Part shown: piece by piece, positions 39,898-49,572 of the stretch
How positions within the stretch are numbered: position 1 is the stretch's first letter
How the letters are laid out: each line of letters opens with the position of its first letter
From: Promethearchaeota archaeon
GTDB taxonomy: Archaea; Asgardarchaeota; Lokiarchaeia; Sigyniarchaeales; SOKP01
Direction of reading: 5' to 3'
NCBI GenBank assembly: GCA_019058365.1
Contig: JAHPZE010000004.1
Span: forward strand, 64,001 to 128,000
DNA length: 64,000 nt
Notes under the pieces: model-generated
What the model saw: only the letters and a program-made list of their open reading frames with translations
The model's database searches: none
What the model was told of the DNA's origin: nothing
Made by a program: the position numbers and the translations under genes

Positions 39898-41340
39898 TCA
39901 GGGATACTTAAATCTCTTCTTGAATTGTTCCCAACTTTGTGTATCTAAAGGATTCTCATTTAAAAATAAGAAATTCAGACTTTTCAAGCTTTCTATGTTT
40001 TCATTGTTAAATTTTGATATTTGGTTTCGGCCTAAATGTAACATAATTAGATTATTTAAACCCTCTAAACCCTCTAATTCCTTAATATTATTGTTATCCA
40101 GATATAATTCTTGTAAATTATTTAAAATTTTTAACCCTTCAATTTTATTAATCCTATTGTTAGATAATTCTATTTTCTTTAAGTTCACTTGAGTATCAAG
40201 GGCCTCAATTTTTCCTATTAAATTATTTGAGAGGTATAACCCCTTCAATTTAATAAGAGATGACAAACCAGCAATTTGATTAATTTTATTATCATTAAGA
40301 TACAACCACATCAAATTTTTTAAATTATTAAGTCCTCTCATCTGTTTAATTTGATTAAACGCAAGATTTAATCTATTTAACTGCTCTAAACAATCTAAAT
40401 TCTTAATTTCTGAAATATTGTTATGACTTAGATTCAATTCTTCTAATTTTGCTAAATTAGTTAAATTGTCAATTTCCTTAATTTCGTTATTATTCAGAGA
40501 TAATTTTTTCAAATGATGTAAAGAATCTAAGTTATGTATTCTACGAATTTTATTATTCGATAAATTCAAATCTTCTAAATTGTTTAAACTCTCTAAATTT
40601 TCGATCTTTCCTAATTTATTATAAGATAAATCTAAAGTCCGCAGTTTTGTTAGAATTTGGATTCCATCTATACTTTCAAGTTTATTGCGCGCTAATTGAA
40701 GATATTCTAAATTAAATAAACTTTTTAGTTCTAAAATATCAGATACTTTATTTAAATTAGAACTCTCACAATTTAAAGCATACATTTTTCCCTTTCTTAA
40801 AGTTACATGATATCCGCATTTTTTTGTATAAAACTCATTTAAAATCAAATTAATACATACTTCAAGAAACGGTTCAGGGATGGCGTCTTTAAGATTAAAA
40901 CTGTAGATTTCTTGTAAAAAATTACTATTTTTATCGCTAATTTCATTTTTAATTAAATTCTTAAGATATTCAATTACTGCTTTTCGAGCTTTCACACTAT
41001 TTATCGAATTTAAGGTTCTTACTGCATAAAGTCGCAATTCTACGTTATCAACTTTGTTTAGCGTATATTCCAACAAGGAGAGTAATTTCTTGTTGTTCGA
41101 ATACTTTTCTTTTAAAATTTGTCCAGCAATTAATCTAATTTGAAGATTTTCATCAGATAGAAATAATTGTTCAAAAAATTTGAAGTTCCTACCCTCTTCA
41201 ATTATACCATAGCTTTTTAGAGCTTTTTGTCGTATGATTGAATCACTTGAACTGTCAATCCATTCCCTTAAAAGAGCTAAATTTTCTTTCTTTCCTATTT
41301 GCTCTAACTTTTCTTTTATGAAATCTGGATTTAGTTCCAT
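39898..41340 (-). CDS. SDS22-like leucine-rich repeat protein with HEAT-like N-terminus
   Basis: About 11-12 repeats of L..L.L..N.I..I..L. Confidence 0.9.
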   Translation of the reverse strand: MELNPDFIKEKLEQIGKKENLALLREWIDSSSDSIIRQKALKSYGIIEEGRNFKFFEQLFLSDENLQIRLIAGQILKEKYSNNKKLLSLLEYTLNKVDNVELRLYAVRTLNSINSVKARKAVIEYLKNLIKNEISDKNSNFLQEIYSFNLKDAIPEPFLEVCINLILNEFYTKKCGYHVTLRKGKMYALNCESSNLNKVSDILELKSLFNLEYLQLARNKLESIDGIQILTKLRTLDLSYNKLGKIENLESLNNLEDLNLSNNKIRRIHNLDSLHHLKKLSLNNNEIKEIDNLTNLAKLEELNLSHNNISEIKNLDCLEQLNRLNLAFNQIKQMRGLNNLKNLMWLYLNDNKINQIAGLSSLIKLKGLYLSNNLIGKIEALDTQVNLKKIELSNNRINKIEGLKILNNLQELYLDNNNIKELEGLEGLNNLIMLHLGRNQISKFNNENIESLKSLNFLFLNENPLDTQSWEQFKKRFKYP

Positions 41341-41454
41341 TTTAATTAATTATTAATTCAAAATATTCGATATTGGCTTAAGATTTTATAAATGATAGAA
41401 AGAGTAAAAATCTAATCAACAACAATTCATTGATAAAAGTAAATTTTTCGCAAT

Positions 41455-41718
41455 TTACATCTTATTAAGTGTTTTTGAATCGTCTATAATATCAACATCT
41501 TTTTCCTCTTTGCCTTCAACCTCTTCCTTTAATGTTTTTGAAGGTTTTGATTCATCAAAGGGAGTATTACATATCCAACACACATTTTCAGAATCAGTTA
41601 GAGCCGTAGAACACTTTAAACAGTAAAATGTCTTGCATTCAGGGCAAACATAAGTATTTCTTAAGATTTCGCTTTTACACACAATACAAATTTACTTTTC
41701 TTTAGAAGCTGAAACTAA
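41455..41718 (-). pseudogene. Orphan C-terminal Zn-finger domain fragment
   Basis: Frame reads LVSASKEK*ICIVCKSEILRNTYVCPECKTFYCLKC...CWICNTPFD with an in-frame TAA at 41694; no N-terminal portion. Confidence 0.55.
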
Positions 41719-41741
41719 TTAGTACGCAATTTCAAAACATC

Positions 41742-41831
41742 AATACAATAAAAAAAGAAAAATAAAAAACTTATAATATTTATTCCCATGAATTTTGAAT
41801 GAAACCACTTAACGGGTTAGAAGCATCTGTG
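41742..41831 (-). repeat. Displaced copy of the actin 3' end (HRCF* + 3' tail); distal att-like direct repeat
   Basis: 75/90 nt ungapped identity to 47890..47979; minus strand reads CAC AGA TGC TTC TAA. Confidence 0.9.
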
Positions 41832-42036
41832 GGAAACTAGTGGCAATGGAAATAGAGCTTTTTGAAACAACAGCTGAATCGACGAATTTAACTGGCTCAT
41901 GAATCATCTTATTCATAATTTGACAATATAATAAATAAAGATATCAATTATAGATATATTAATTAAGTTCATTTTAGATATAACTTAACATAGAAAAAGA
42001 CAAATTAAAAAAAAAGGAATTATTTGGTATATATTA

Positions 42037-42672
42037 ATGGATTATAATGAATTTCAAGCTCAAAGCATTAAATTAACTGAGGCTCTTAAAAAATACTTAA
42101 ATAAAAAAAATTTTCTTTATTATTTCGAAGATAGCATTCCTGATAGAGCTCTAAGAAGACCCGACATTATAGGACAAGAAAATAAAGAAATGGTATTTTA
42201 TGAGATTAAATCTGGAAAACACATCAATTTTTTTGGAGTTTTAGAGCAATTAAATCAATACATTCAAGAAGGAAAATATAAGAAAGGGTATTTGGTTATT
42301 TCTAAAGGGGTTAATATACCAACTAGAGCTAAGAAATTATATAAAGAGCAAGGATTTGGTATATTGGAATTAGATATAAGTAAAGTTGAACCAGAACCTA
42401 AAAAGATCTTAGAATCAGAGGATCATACGAAAAAAAGTAAAGAATTCATAGAATATAGTAAATATAGGAGTGAATGGGCACAAAAACACCCTGGAAGTTT
42501 ATCTTATCTCAAAGAGATCCTAATTTTTGTATTATGTGGAGAATTTTTAGTCAATGGAATTTGGGACTTAGTTTCTACACAAAATCTTATTTATTTATGG
42601 GTGGTAATCCCAACTAGTATTATTTTAGTTTTAGTATTTTTTTATCTTTACAGAAAAGAAAATAGAAACTAA
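42037..42672 (+). CDS. PD-(D/E)XK nuclease-like protein with two C-terminal TM helices
   Basis: RRPDII...FYEIKSG...LEQLNQY; hydrophobic segments ILIFVLCGEFLVNGIW and LIYLWVVIPTSIILVLVFFYLY. Confidence 0.65.
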   Translation: MDYNEFQAQSIKLTEALKKYLNKKNFLYYFEDSIPDRALRRPDIIGQENKEMVFYEIKSGKHINFFGVLEQLNQYIQEGKYKKGYLVISKGVNIPTRAKKLYKEQGFGILELDISKVEPEPKKILESEDHTKKSKEFIEYSKYRSEWAQKHPGSLSYLKEILIFVLCGEFLVNGIWDLVSTQNLIYLWVVIPTSIILVLVFFYLYRKENRN

Positions 42673-42777
42673 TAGCAAAACGAATTGAAATGGCTGAAAA
42701 ACCTTATAATAAGGATGTCTTAAAAAGGAATTCTCATTTATTAGTAATCATCTATAAATAATAAGCTAGAAAATATT

Positions 42778-43407
42778 ATGAAAATAAAATATTTTTCACA
42801 ATTGTGGTATTCCGAAGATGAAACACTATGGAAATATTATTTAGAGCAATATAAAAAGCGAATCAATAAATCAAATCAAATTAAATTTGATAGATACTTG
42901 GAAAAATTAGAAGAAGAGATGTTAGAGAAATTTTCGCCTGAAAAATGGTATGATTTTCTATTAAATTTCTATTTCAAGTGGAAATATACTCAAGTGAATC
43001 GATATATAAGTCTAACAAATCATATTAAAAAATATAAGCGAGAAAATAATTTAGAAGAACTTAATGCTATAAAAACTGAGTTTTTACTTGCTGATAAAAC
43101 TAAATTAAAAGAATCACTTGAAATATTATGTAAAATACATGGATTAGGTCCGTCGGGAGCTTCAGGATTATTAGCTTTATTATACCCAACACTCTATGGG
43201 ACGATTGATCAATTTGTTATTAAGTCATTACAACAACTTGATGATTTTCCAGAGCTCAAATTCATCAATCCAGATAATCCGAGTGTTGAAGTAGTTGTTT
43301 TCATTATTGAAAAACTACAAAAAAAGGCAGAGGATATGAATAGATTGTTTAAGACCAATTTTTGGACACCTAGAAAATTAGATAAGGTAATGTGGGCATC
43401 CAGATAA
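42778..43407 (+). CDS. Helix-hairpin-helix (HhH-GPD/EndoIII-like) protein
   Basis: LCKIHGLGPSGASGLLALLYP..YGTIDQFV...WTPRKLDKVMW. Confidence 0.55.
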   Translation: MKIKYFSQLWYSEDETLWKYYLEQYKKRINKSNQIKFDRYLEKLEEEMLEKFSPEKWYDFLLNFYFKWKYTQVNRYISLTNHIKKYKRENNLEELNAIKTEFLLADKTKLKESLEILCKIHGLGPSGASGLLALLYPTLYGTIDQFVIKSLQQLDDFPELKFINPDNPSVEVVVFIIEKLQKKAEDMNRLFKTNFWTPRKLDKVMWASR

Positions 43408-43418
43408 TTAATTTTTAG

Positions 43419-43706
43419 CATGAAATTCTTTATTTAGAAATTAGAATAGAATTTATAATTAATTCCGGTGGGAATAACGAAAAGACTTTTTTTAATTTTA
43501 AAAAAGCTGCTGGAAGTATGATATTTCAGGGTTATTTCTGGAAATTATCTAATAATAAACCTTATCAATTTCAAATGAATAATGTAAGAGATAACGCAAT
43601 GTATAGCTCAAAAAAAATGAGTCCTCCAAACCTATCACCTGAAATAAGAAAAGAGAAACTGAAAAAAGGTCTTAATATTTTAGAAGAATTTCTTGAATTA
43701 ATTTGA
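43419..43706 (+). pseudogene. Probable truncated gene remnant
   Basis: Frame open from 43419 with no start until 43518; 62-aa ORF with no recognisable family. Confidence 0.3.
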
Positions 43707-43860
43707 AAGACCGTAGGATAAGCCATTAATTATAAAGGATATGTTTGGTTAGCTTTACAAATAATTAGAAATAAAATAAAAAACCTATATAATTTATCCC
43801 CTTTTGACTTTTAGCAAAATTTAAGATGTTCTAAAAACATCGGTTGATGACTTGATAAAT

Positions 43861-46800
43861 TTAAAAACAATCTAAAACAATCTGGACATCATCATAATCG
43901 TTCTTTTTCAAATCTTCTTCTTTAATGTAAAAATGAAGTCTCCCCCCACCACCCCATCTCCAATTAAGTTGCTCATCATCTCCTAATTGAAGAAGATGAA
44001 TTTGATTAAGGAAAAATGGACCCTCTTGAATCATATCAGCATAGCCAAATAATGCATGATTACTAAACATATGATTATATTCTAAAATTTTACTTCGAAT
44101 TTTTGAATAATTTCCATCAAAAATAGATTCTTCATTACAAGTAAACTTATCTCCTTTCATGAAAAGCAACAATTGAATAGAATCGGAGGGTAGATGGATA
44201 TCAGGATAAAAAGAAATATAACATGTAGGAAATGTATAATTTTTGTTTGATGAAGGATTGTGAGTTTTAAGTAAAACCGATTTATCAACGGCATAATATA
44301 TAACCCTCCATGCACCCTTATTTTTCGGATATTCAATTCCCCAATCTTCTTGTAAAGGATCATAAAAGAAGTAAAGAAATCCCGTATGTGAATGAAATTT
44401 ACTACATTCAAAATCTTTTAAATCTTCTAAATTTAATTGCATTAAAAAACTTAAAGGTCGGTTTTTCCAATAAGGCCACTCGAACTCTGGGGGTACATCT
44501 GGATTTCCACCTAATTTTGAAAATCCTATATTCCGCGGTGATTCTTTCCCAACATAAAGTTTATCTATTAATAACCTCCATTTAACTGCACTCATTATTT
44601 CGTCTTCATAACTACTAAGTTTATTTTTTTTTAATATAGCTCGAAATTTTTCTTTCCAATTTTTTTCATTTCCAGAGGTTTTATATTTTGTAATTTTCAT
44701 TAATGCTGTCTTATTTATTAAATCTGAATCACTACCAATTGTTAATTCTACAGGTAAACTATATATATTCATAGGAGGAATCAATAATGAGTGATTACCT
44801 CCTATATCTAGAAATTTTAATGATTTAAGGTTGTTTGTCGATTCAGGAAGTGAAGTTAATTTATTATCAAATAAATCTAATCTTTCAAGTAAATTTAAAT
44901 TACCAATAGTGTCAGGTAGAGATGTTAAATTGCAATGAGTTAAATCGAGGGCATTTAAGTAAACTAAATTTCCAATTGATTCAGGAAGATAAGAAATATT
45001 ACTGTATCCTAACCAAAGTCTTACAACATGGTTGTTTTTAACTTTGTAAGCATTAAACATCTCATCATGATATCCATAATCAATGATTAGTTGTTCATAG
45101 ATTAGAGCTTGTAGATCTTTAAGAGCTTGAGCTTCAGGAATGGGAAGTGTTTTCTGAAAAAAATTAAAAATAAATTTATCTATTCGATTTCCAAATCCGT
45201 GATATTCGTATCCTTTAAGTCTAATACTTGTGAATATCTGTTTTAATAAATCCAATTGTTGATCTGCGAGTAGTTCAAATAAATCTTCGACTGTTAATAG
45301 AGCTAACCAACCATAAACTTTGATATTAACTATCTCATTATAATCTTGACTCTCAATGAAAGTTCTAATTAGTTTTTGAACAGGATGAGATATACTCATA
45401 CCAATTTTTATCATAAATGCTTCAACTAGGTCCCAAGGATTCTCAAATATTTCAGAATGGAAAATTGTGTAATAGAAATTTCTAATAAATTTTATCATTA
45501 AATCTTCAGAAAGTTTAAAAAGATCTTCTTTTTCTAAATAGTGATATAATTTTAGCCATACCAAGCTTTCAATTTGTCTTTTTTCGCTTTTTTTTAATAA
45601 TTCGATAATTATTTGCTTTATAAGTTTAGAATAATTCTCTGGAAAAACAAATCTCTCAAATTCTCGTTTTTGAAGCTTTTTTACAGCTTCAGTAAACATA
45701 TCTACAGAATAAAGTTTATAATCATTCCAGATATCTTCGAAATCTTTTATATCTAAAAAGTGGAATAGCCTATTATTAAATAGAAAAATTATTTCATCAA
45801 GGTTGGATTCCTTTAAAGCATTAATTATATTTTGTTTAATACTTAAGGATTTAAGACTTTTTATCTTATCTAATTGATTTTCTTCTAATCTAATGAATTT
45901 AAGGTTTTTTAATTTAGATTTTAAATCTGGTATAAATAGGAGCTTATTTTTTCTTAAATCAAGTTCACAAAGATTATGCAAATTTCCTATAGAACTAGGA
46001 ATTGTTAAAAGTCGATTAAAATCCAAATGTAATTTTTTAAGCGAACTCAAATTCCCTATTCTATCTGGAAGTTCTTCTATCTCATTAAAACTTAAATCTA
46101 ATATTTGAAGTTTCTTTAAATTCTCAATTGAAGAAGAAATTTTTACAATTCTATTTGTATTCAAATTTAATTCTTCAAGTTTGGTTAAATCACCTATCCA
46201 ATCAGGGAGAATAGAGATTTTGTTTTCACATATATTTAATTTTCTAAGATTTTTCAGATTTTTAACCCATTCCGGTACCTTTTCAATGTTATTCCATCTT
46301 AAACTTAATTCTTCAACCCAAATTAATTCACCTAACCAATCAGGAAAAATTAGACCTATCGTGGCCATAAAAGATAAACTTTTTAGATTTTTTAGATTTT
46401 TAAGTAAATTTGGGATGTTTTTTGTCTTATAACTGTAATCTAAATGTAATTCTTGAAGCCAAGTCAATTTACCGACAATCTCAGGAACCTCTGGAAGTGT
46501 TTCTAAACATAGAGATAAGGATTTAAGTTTTTTTAAATTAATTAATGAATCTGGTAATGCTTCTAATTTTTCATTATGACTTAAATCTAGTATTTTTAAA
46601 TTAACAAGATTTCCTATTGAATCTGGAAGAATCTCGAAATCATATTCTGAGTAGACTTTTAAACTTTCAAGAGATTTAATATAACCTATTTCTTTTGGTA
46701 CTTTTAATCTTCCATAACCCGAACCTACAATTCTGATTGTTAATTCTTTTAAGTCTAAAGATTTTAAATCTTCTTTATCAATAACATCAATACAATCTTC

Positions 46801-47709
46801 ATAGATTAACCAATTTATCATCTCTTCAGCCTCATCGATACTTTTTAATTTTTCTACAGAATATTGTCTTAAAATTTCTTTTGCATGAATCACTCCTCTA
46901 AATTTGAGTTCTTCTAAGAGTCGAACAGCTTCTTCAATACCAGCATTCAAAACTGGTTCATAATTAAAATCTTCAAAAATTTTATTAATTTCTCCTTCAC
47001 TTATGTTTTTAAAGTATCCATTATCTATAAGAAACCAAAAGGACGAAGGCTCTCCCAGTTTTAGTCTTCTAATTTTTTCTTTCTCTATCATCTCTCTAGC
47101 ATCTGGGTCCCCAATTTCATCAAGTTTTACTAGTATAGAATTTACCACTTCAATATTTTTCGATTTAAAAAGTGCGTTTTTTAAATTTGGATTACTATTA
47201 ATGAAAATTTGCTTTATACAATCTGAATCAAGATATAAATCAAAAAAAGTGTCTTTATTGTAAAATTTTTTATAAAGTAAAAAATCAATCAAATGTAAAC
47301 AGCCACTTTTCAATCTTTTCATTAATTCACCCTTTATAACTTTTTGAGCTATTGGATCGCCTGATATCTCTAATTTGTGTAATAATTGGAAAGCATGTTC
47401 CCCATAAATTAATCTTGTATCATAATTGTTTTTTGCCCATGGATTTAAGTTACTACATAATTTTTCATACCAATATTCAGGGATAAATGATCTTCTTTTA
47501 ACTAATCGTCTTTCTTCTTTTTCCTTTTCATCAATTTTTTCGAGAGCATCATCTATAGAATCAACATTATAAGAAGATTTAACTTCATCAATTGAAATAT
47601 CCATATATTTAAAACTACGCATTTTATATTGTTCTTTTTTAATATAAATCACTGGTTTATTATCTTCTAATTTCACAGTAAGAAATTCATTAATATTGCA
47701 TTCCTTCAA
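43861..47709 (-). CDS. Large LRR protein with C-terminal YwqG/DUF1963 domain
   Basis: N-domain ...NYDTRL...GDPIA; two blocks of LP..IG.L..L LRRs; C-terminal SKLGGNP..P....WP....PLSFLMQLNL...WGGGG.LHFYI...DL. Confidence 0.85.
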   Translation of the reverse strand: MKECNINEFLTVKLEDNKPVIYIKKEQYKMRSFKYMDISIDEVKSSYNVDSIDDALEKIDEKEKEERRLVKRRSFIPEYWYEKLCSNLNPWAKNNYDTRLIYGEHAFQLLHKLEISGDPIAQKVIKGELMKRLKSGCLHLIDFLLYKKFYNKDTFFDLYLDSDCIKQIFINSNPNLKNALFKSKNIEVVNSILVKLDEIGDPDAREMIEKEKIRRLKLGEPSSFWFLIDNGYFKNISEGEINKIFEDFNYEPVLNAGIEEAVRLLEELKFRGVIHAKEILRQYSVEKLKSIDEAEEMINWLIYEDCIDVIDKEDLKSLDLKELTIRIVGSGYGRLKVPKEIGYIKSLESLKVYSEYDFEILPDSIGNLVNLKILDLSHNEKLEALPDSLINLKKLKSLSLCLETLPEVPEIVGKLTWLQELHLDYSYKTKNIPNLLKNLKNLKSLSFMATIGLIFPDWLGELIWVEELSLRWNNIEKVPEWVKNLKNLRKLNICENKISILPDWIGDLTKLEELNLNTNRIVKISSSIENLKKLQILDLSFNEIEELPDRIGNLSSLKKLHLDFNRLLTIPSSIGNLHNLCELDLRKNKLLFIPDLKSKLKNLKFIRLEENQLDKIKSLKSLSIKQNIINALKESNLDEIIFLFNNRLFHFLDIKDFEDIWNDYKLYSVDMFTEAVKKLQKREFERFVFPENYSKLIKQIIIELLKKSEKRQIESLVWLKLYHYLEKEDLFKLSEDLMIKFIRNFYYTIFHSEIFENPWDLVEAFMIKIGMSISHPVQKLIRTFIESQDYNEIVNIKVYGWLALLTVEDLFELLADQQLDLLKQIFTSIRLKGYEYHGFGNRIDKFIFNFFQKTLPIPEAQALKDLQALIYEQLIIDYGYHDEMFNAYKVKNNHVVRLWLGYSNISYLPESIGNLVYLNALDLTHCNLTSLPDTIGNLNLLERLDLFDNKLTSLPESTNNLKSLKFLDIGGNHSLLIPPMNIYSLPVELTIGSDSDLINKTALMKITKYKTSGNEKNWKEKFRAILKKNKLSSYEDEIMSAVKWRLLIDKLYVGKESPRNIGFSKLGGNPDVPPEFEWPYWKNRPLSFLMQLNLEDLKDFECSKFHSHTGFLYFFYDPLQEDWGIEYPKNKGAWRVIYYAVDKSVLLKTHNPSSNKNYTFPTCYISFYPDIHLPSDSIQLLLFMKGDKFTCNEESIFDGNYSKIRSKILEYNHMFSNHALFGYADMIQEGPFFLNQIHLLQLGDDEQLNWRWGGGGRLHFYIKEEDLKKNDYDDVQIVLDCF

Positions 47710-47889
47710 ATCTAATTCTGACCCTTTTTATATTATAATTCTTGTCTTATAATTGTATATGACACTCAAAATTATAAATTATTTTGATCCTATGAGCCTT
47801 TTTAATTTTTATATTAAGGAGTTTCAAAAACCTCAAAAATGTCCCAAATTTTCATATGTATTGAAGTAAGTTAAATTCTAATTAGTAAA

Positions 47890-47918
47890 AATACAATAAA
47901 AAAAGAAAAATAAAAAAC
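47890..47918 (-). terminator. Oligo-T archaeal-type terminator candidate downstream of actin
   Basis: Minus strand GTTTTTTATTTTTCTTTTTTTATTGTATT, about 50 nt after the stop. Confidence 0.5.
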
Positions 47919-47979
47919 TTATAAAATTTATTCCCGTTTAATTTGGGTTAATCTTCTTTGCGGATTAGAAGCATCGGTG
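47890..47979 (-). repeat. Actin 3' end and tail; proximal copy of the direct repeat
   Basis: 75/90 nt ungapped identity to 41742..41831. Confidence 0.9.
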
Positions 47980-49110
47980 AATCACTTGTGGACCCATTTC
48001 CTTGTATTCTCTGCGTGTAACCCACATACGATGGAACGTTTTGAGGGACGAGAGAATGCTTCCACCAATCCATACTGAGTACATACGCTCTGGAGGTGCG
48101 ATAATCTTTACATCAACACTTTCAGGAATTTGCTCCTTAATTTCCTTAGTCAACCTTTCTTTGATACCAGGAAACATTGTGGAACCACCAGAAAGCACGA
48201 TATTGCTGTATAAATCTCTTCGAAGATCAACATCACATTCTGAAATGGCACCTACTATAACATCATCAAGAGGTTCTAATTCTTTACCAATTACACTCGG
48301 ATTAAAGAAACATTCAGGAGCAAGGAATCTTTCGACACCAACATTTATAGTTTCTCCATCAGGAAGCATATAGCTCTTTTCCATCCCAGCTACTTTCTTA
48401 GAAAGCATCATTTCTTTTTCAGGATCAATTGCCACATAGCATAATTTTTCCTTGATATCTCGAACTATTTCTTTTTCTGCTGATGTTGTAAAAGAATATC
48501 CCTTTTGTCGAAGAAGTCTCTGCAAATAGGTTGTAATATCTCGGCCTGCTAGATCGATTCTTTGGATAGCATGGCTTAAGGCGAATCCCTCGAAAATTGG
48601 TACAACGTGGGAAACTCCATCACCAATATCTATAACACATCCGGTAGTACGACCAGAAGCATAAAGACTCAATACTGCTTGCATTGCTACATAAAGAGCA
48701 GGGGTATTGAAAGTCTCAAACATAATTTCAGCCATTTTTTCACGGTTTGGACGTGGATTTAATGGTGCTTCAGTCAAAAGAACCGGGTGTTCACTTGGAT
48801 CGATACGCAAGTCAGTATAAAAAGTGTAGTGCCAGATTTTCTCCATTGCAGTCCAGTCTTCAATGATACCATGTTCAACAGGGAACATTAACTTTAAAAC
48901 GCCCTTTAATTGCATAGCTTCCTCACCAATATAGTACTCCCGAGTATAGTGCTCAACATCAGTCATGATACTTTCATACTTAGGATAACCAATTAGTGTA
49001 GGGAAAACTGACCTTGGTTGATCCTCACCAGCAAATCCATTCTTGGAGATTCCGGTACCATTGTCAACAACCAGGGCTTTTGCATTCAAAAAGCTTTCTT
49101 CCTCTGCCAT
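47965..49110 (-). CDS. Actin (lokiactin)
   Basis: [63 protein letters not shown]-terminal IHRCF; eukaryotic-type actin rather than MreB or crenactin. Confidence 0.98.
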   Translation of the reverse strand: MAEEESFLNAKALVVDNGTGISKNGFAGEDQPRSVFPTLIGYPKYESIMTDVEHYTREYYIGEEAMQLKGVLKLMFPVEHGIIEDWTAMEKIWHYTFYTDLRIDPSEHPVLLTEAPLNPRPNREKMAEIMFETFNTPALYVAMQAVLSLYASGRTTGCVIDIGDGVSHVVPIFEGFALSHAIQRIDLAGRDITTYLQRLLRQKGYSFTTSAEKEIVRDIKEKLCYVAIDPEKEMMLSKKVAGMEKSYMLPDGETINVGVERFLAPECFFNPSVIGKELEPLDDVIVGAISECDVDLRRDLYSNIVLSGGSTMFPGIKERLTKEIKEQIPESVDVKIIAPPERMYSVWIGGSILSSLKTFHRMWVTRREYKEMGPQVIHRCF

Positions 49111-49278
49111 ATTTCTAATTCAGCTCTTAATTTTAATTATTTTTTTTATTCGGTTAATTTCTTCGATTATTTTAATTTAAATATTTTCTTAAAAAACTTA
49201 TTGCTAATTTTTTCTTATTATTTATCTTTAAATTGATAAATTTCAAGATTAAAATTAACATAATAATAAAGAAACTTC

Positions 49279-49292
49279 TTTATAAATTTTTT
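49279..49292 (-). promoter_or_regulatory. Possible BRE/TATA element for actin
   Basis: Minus strand AAAAAATTTATAAA about 170 nt upstream of the actin ATG; the region is AT-rich, so this is weak. Confidence 0.25.
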
Positions 49293-49572
49293 GAATACAA
49301 AACAAAAAATCATTATAAATGTATGTAAAATCGCTTTTAAGTATATGTACAAATTTGGTTATTTTTCAGTCGTTTAGAACAACAAATTTCAAGTTCAATT
49401 TCAATTAGTTAATTTTGTCATCGTAGTTTTGAAAACAAAAATAGAAGATATAGTAAATTTTCTACTGAAAAATCGATAATAAACTTATTATTGATGAAAG
49501 ATCTAAATATTACATGATAATAAAGAGGGGTTTCCCATTTTATATAAATTTAGTTAAAAAGTAGTTATAAAT

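Larger units (their letters stand above)
41742..47979. mobile_element. Putative integrated island/relic at the 3' end of the actin gene
   Basis: Bounded by 90-bp direct repeats overlapping the actin stop; accessory cargo and a gene fragment; no integrase inside. Confidence 0.55.

Noticed and set aside
41788-41850. SECIS-like ATGA...AA pattern in the distal repeat
   Set aside because: No complementary helix or GA core; the sequence is explained as the actin 3' tail copy
39898-46700. Periodic sequence as a possible CRISPR array or DGR template/variable repeat
   Set aside because: The periodicity is protein-level LRR coding; no identical DNA repeats with spacers, and no cas or reverse transcriptase genes
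41832-47889. Integrase or transposase within the actin-linked island
   Set aside because: No tyrosine/serine recombinase or DDE motifs were seen in any ORF, so active mobility is not claimed
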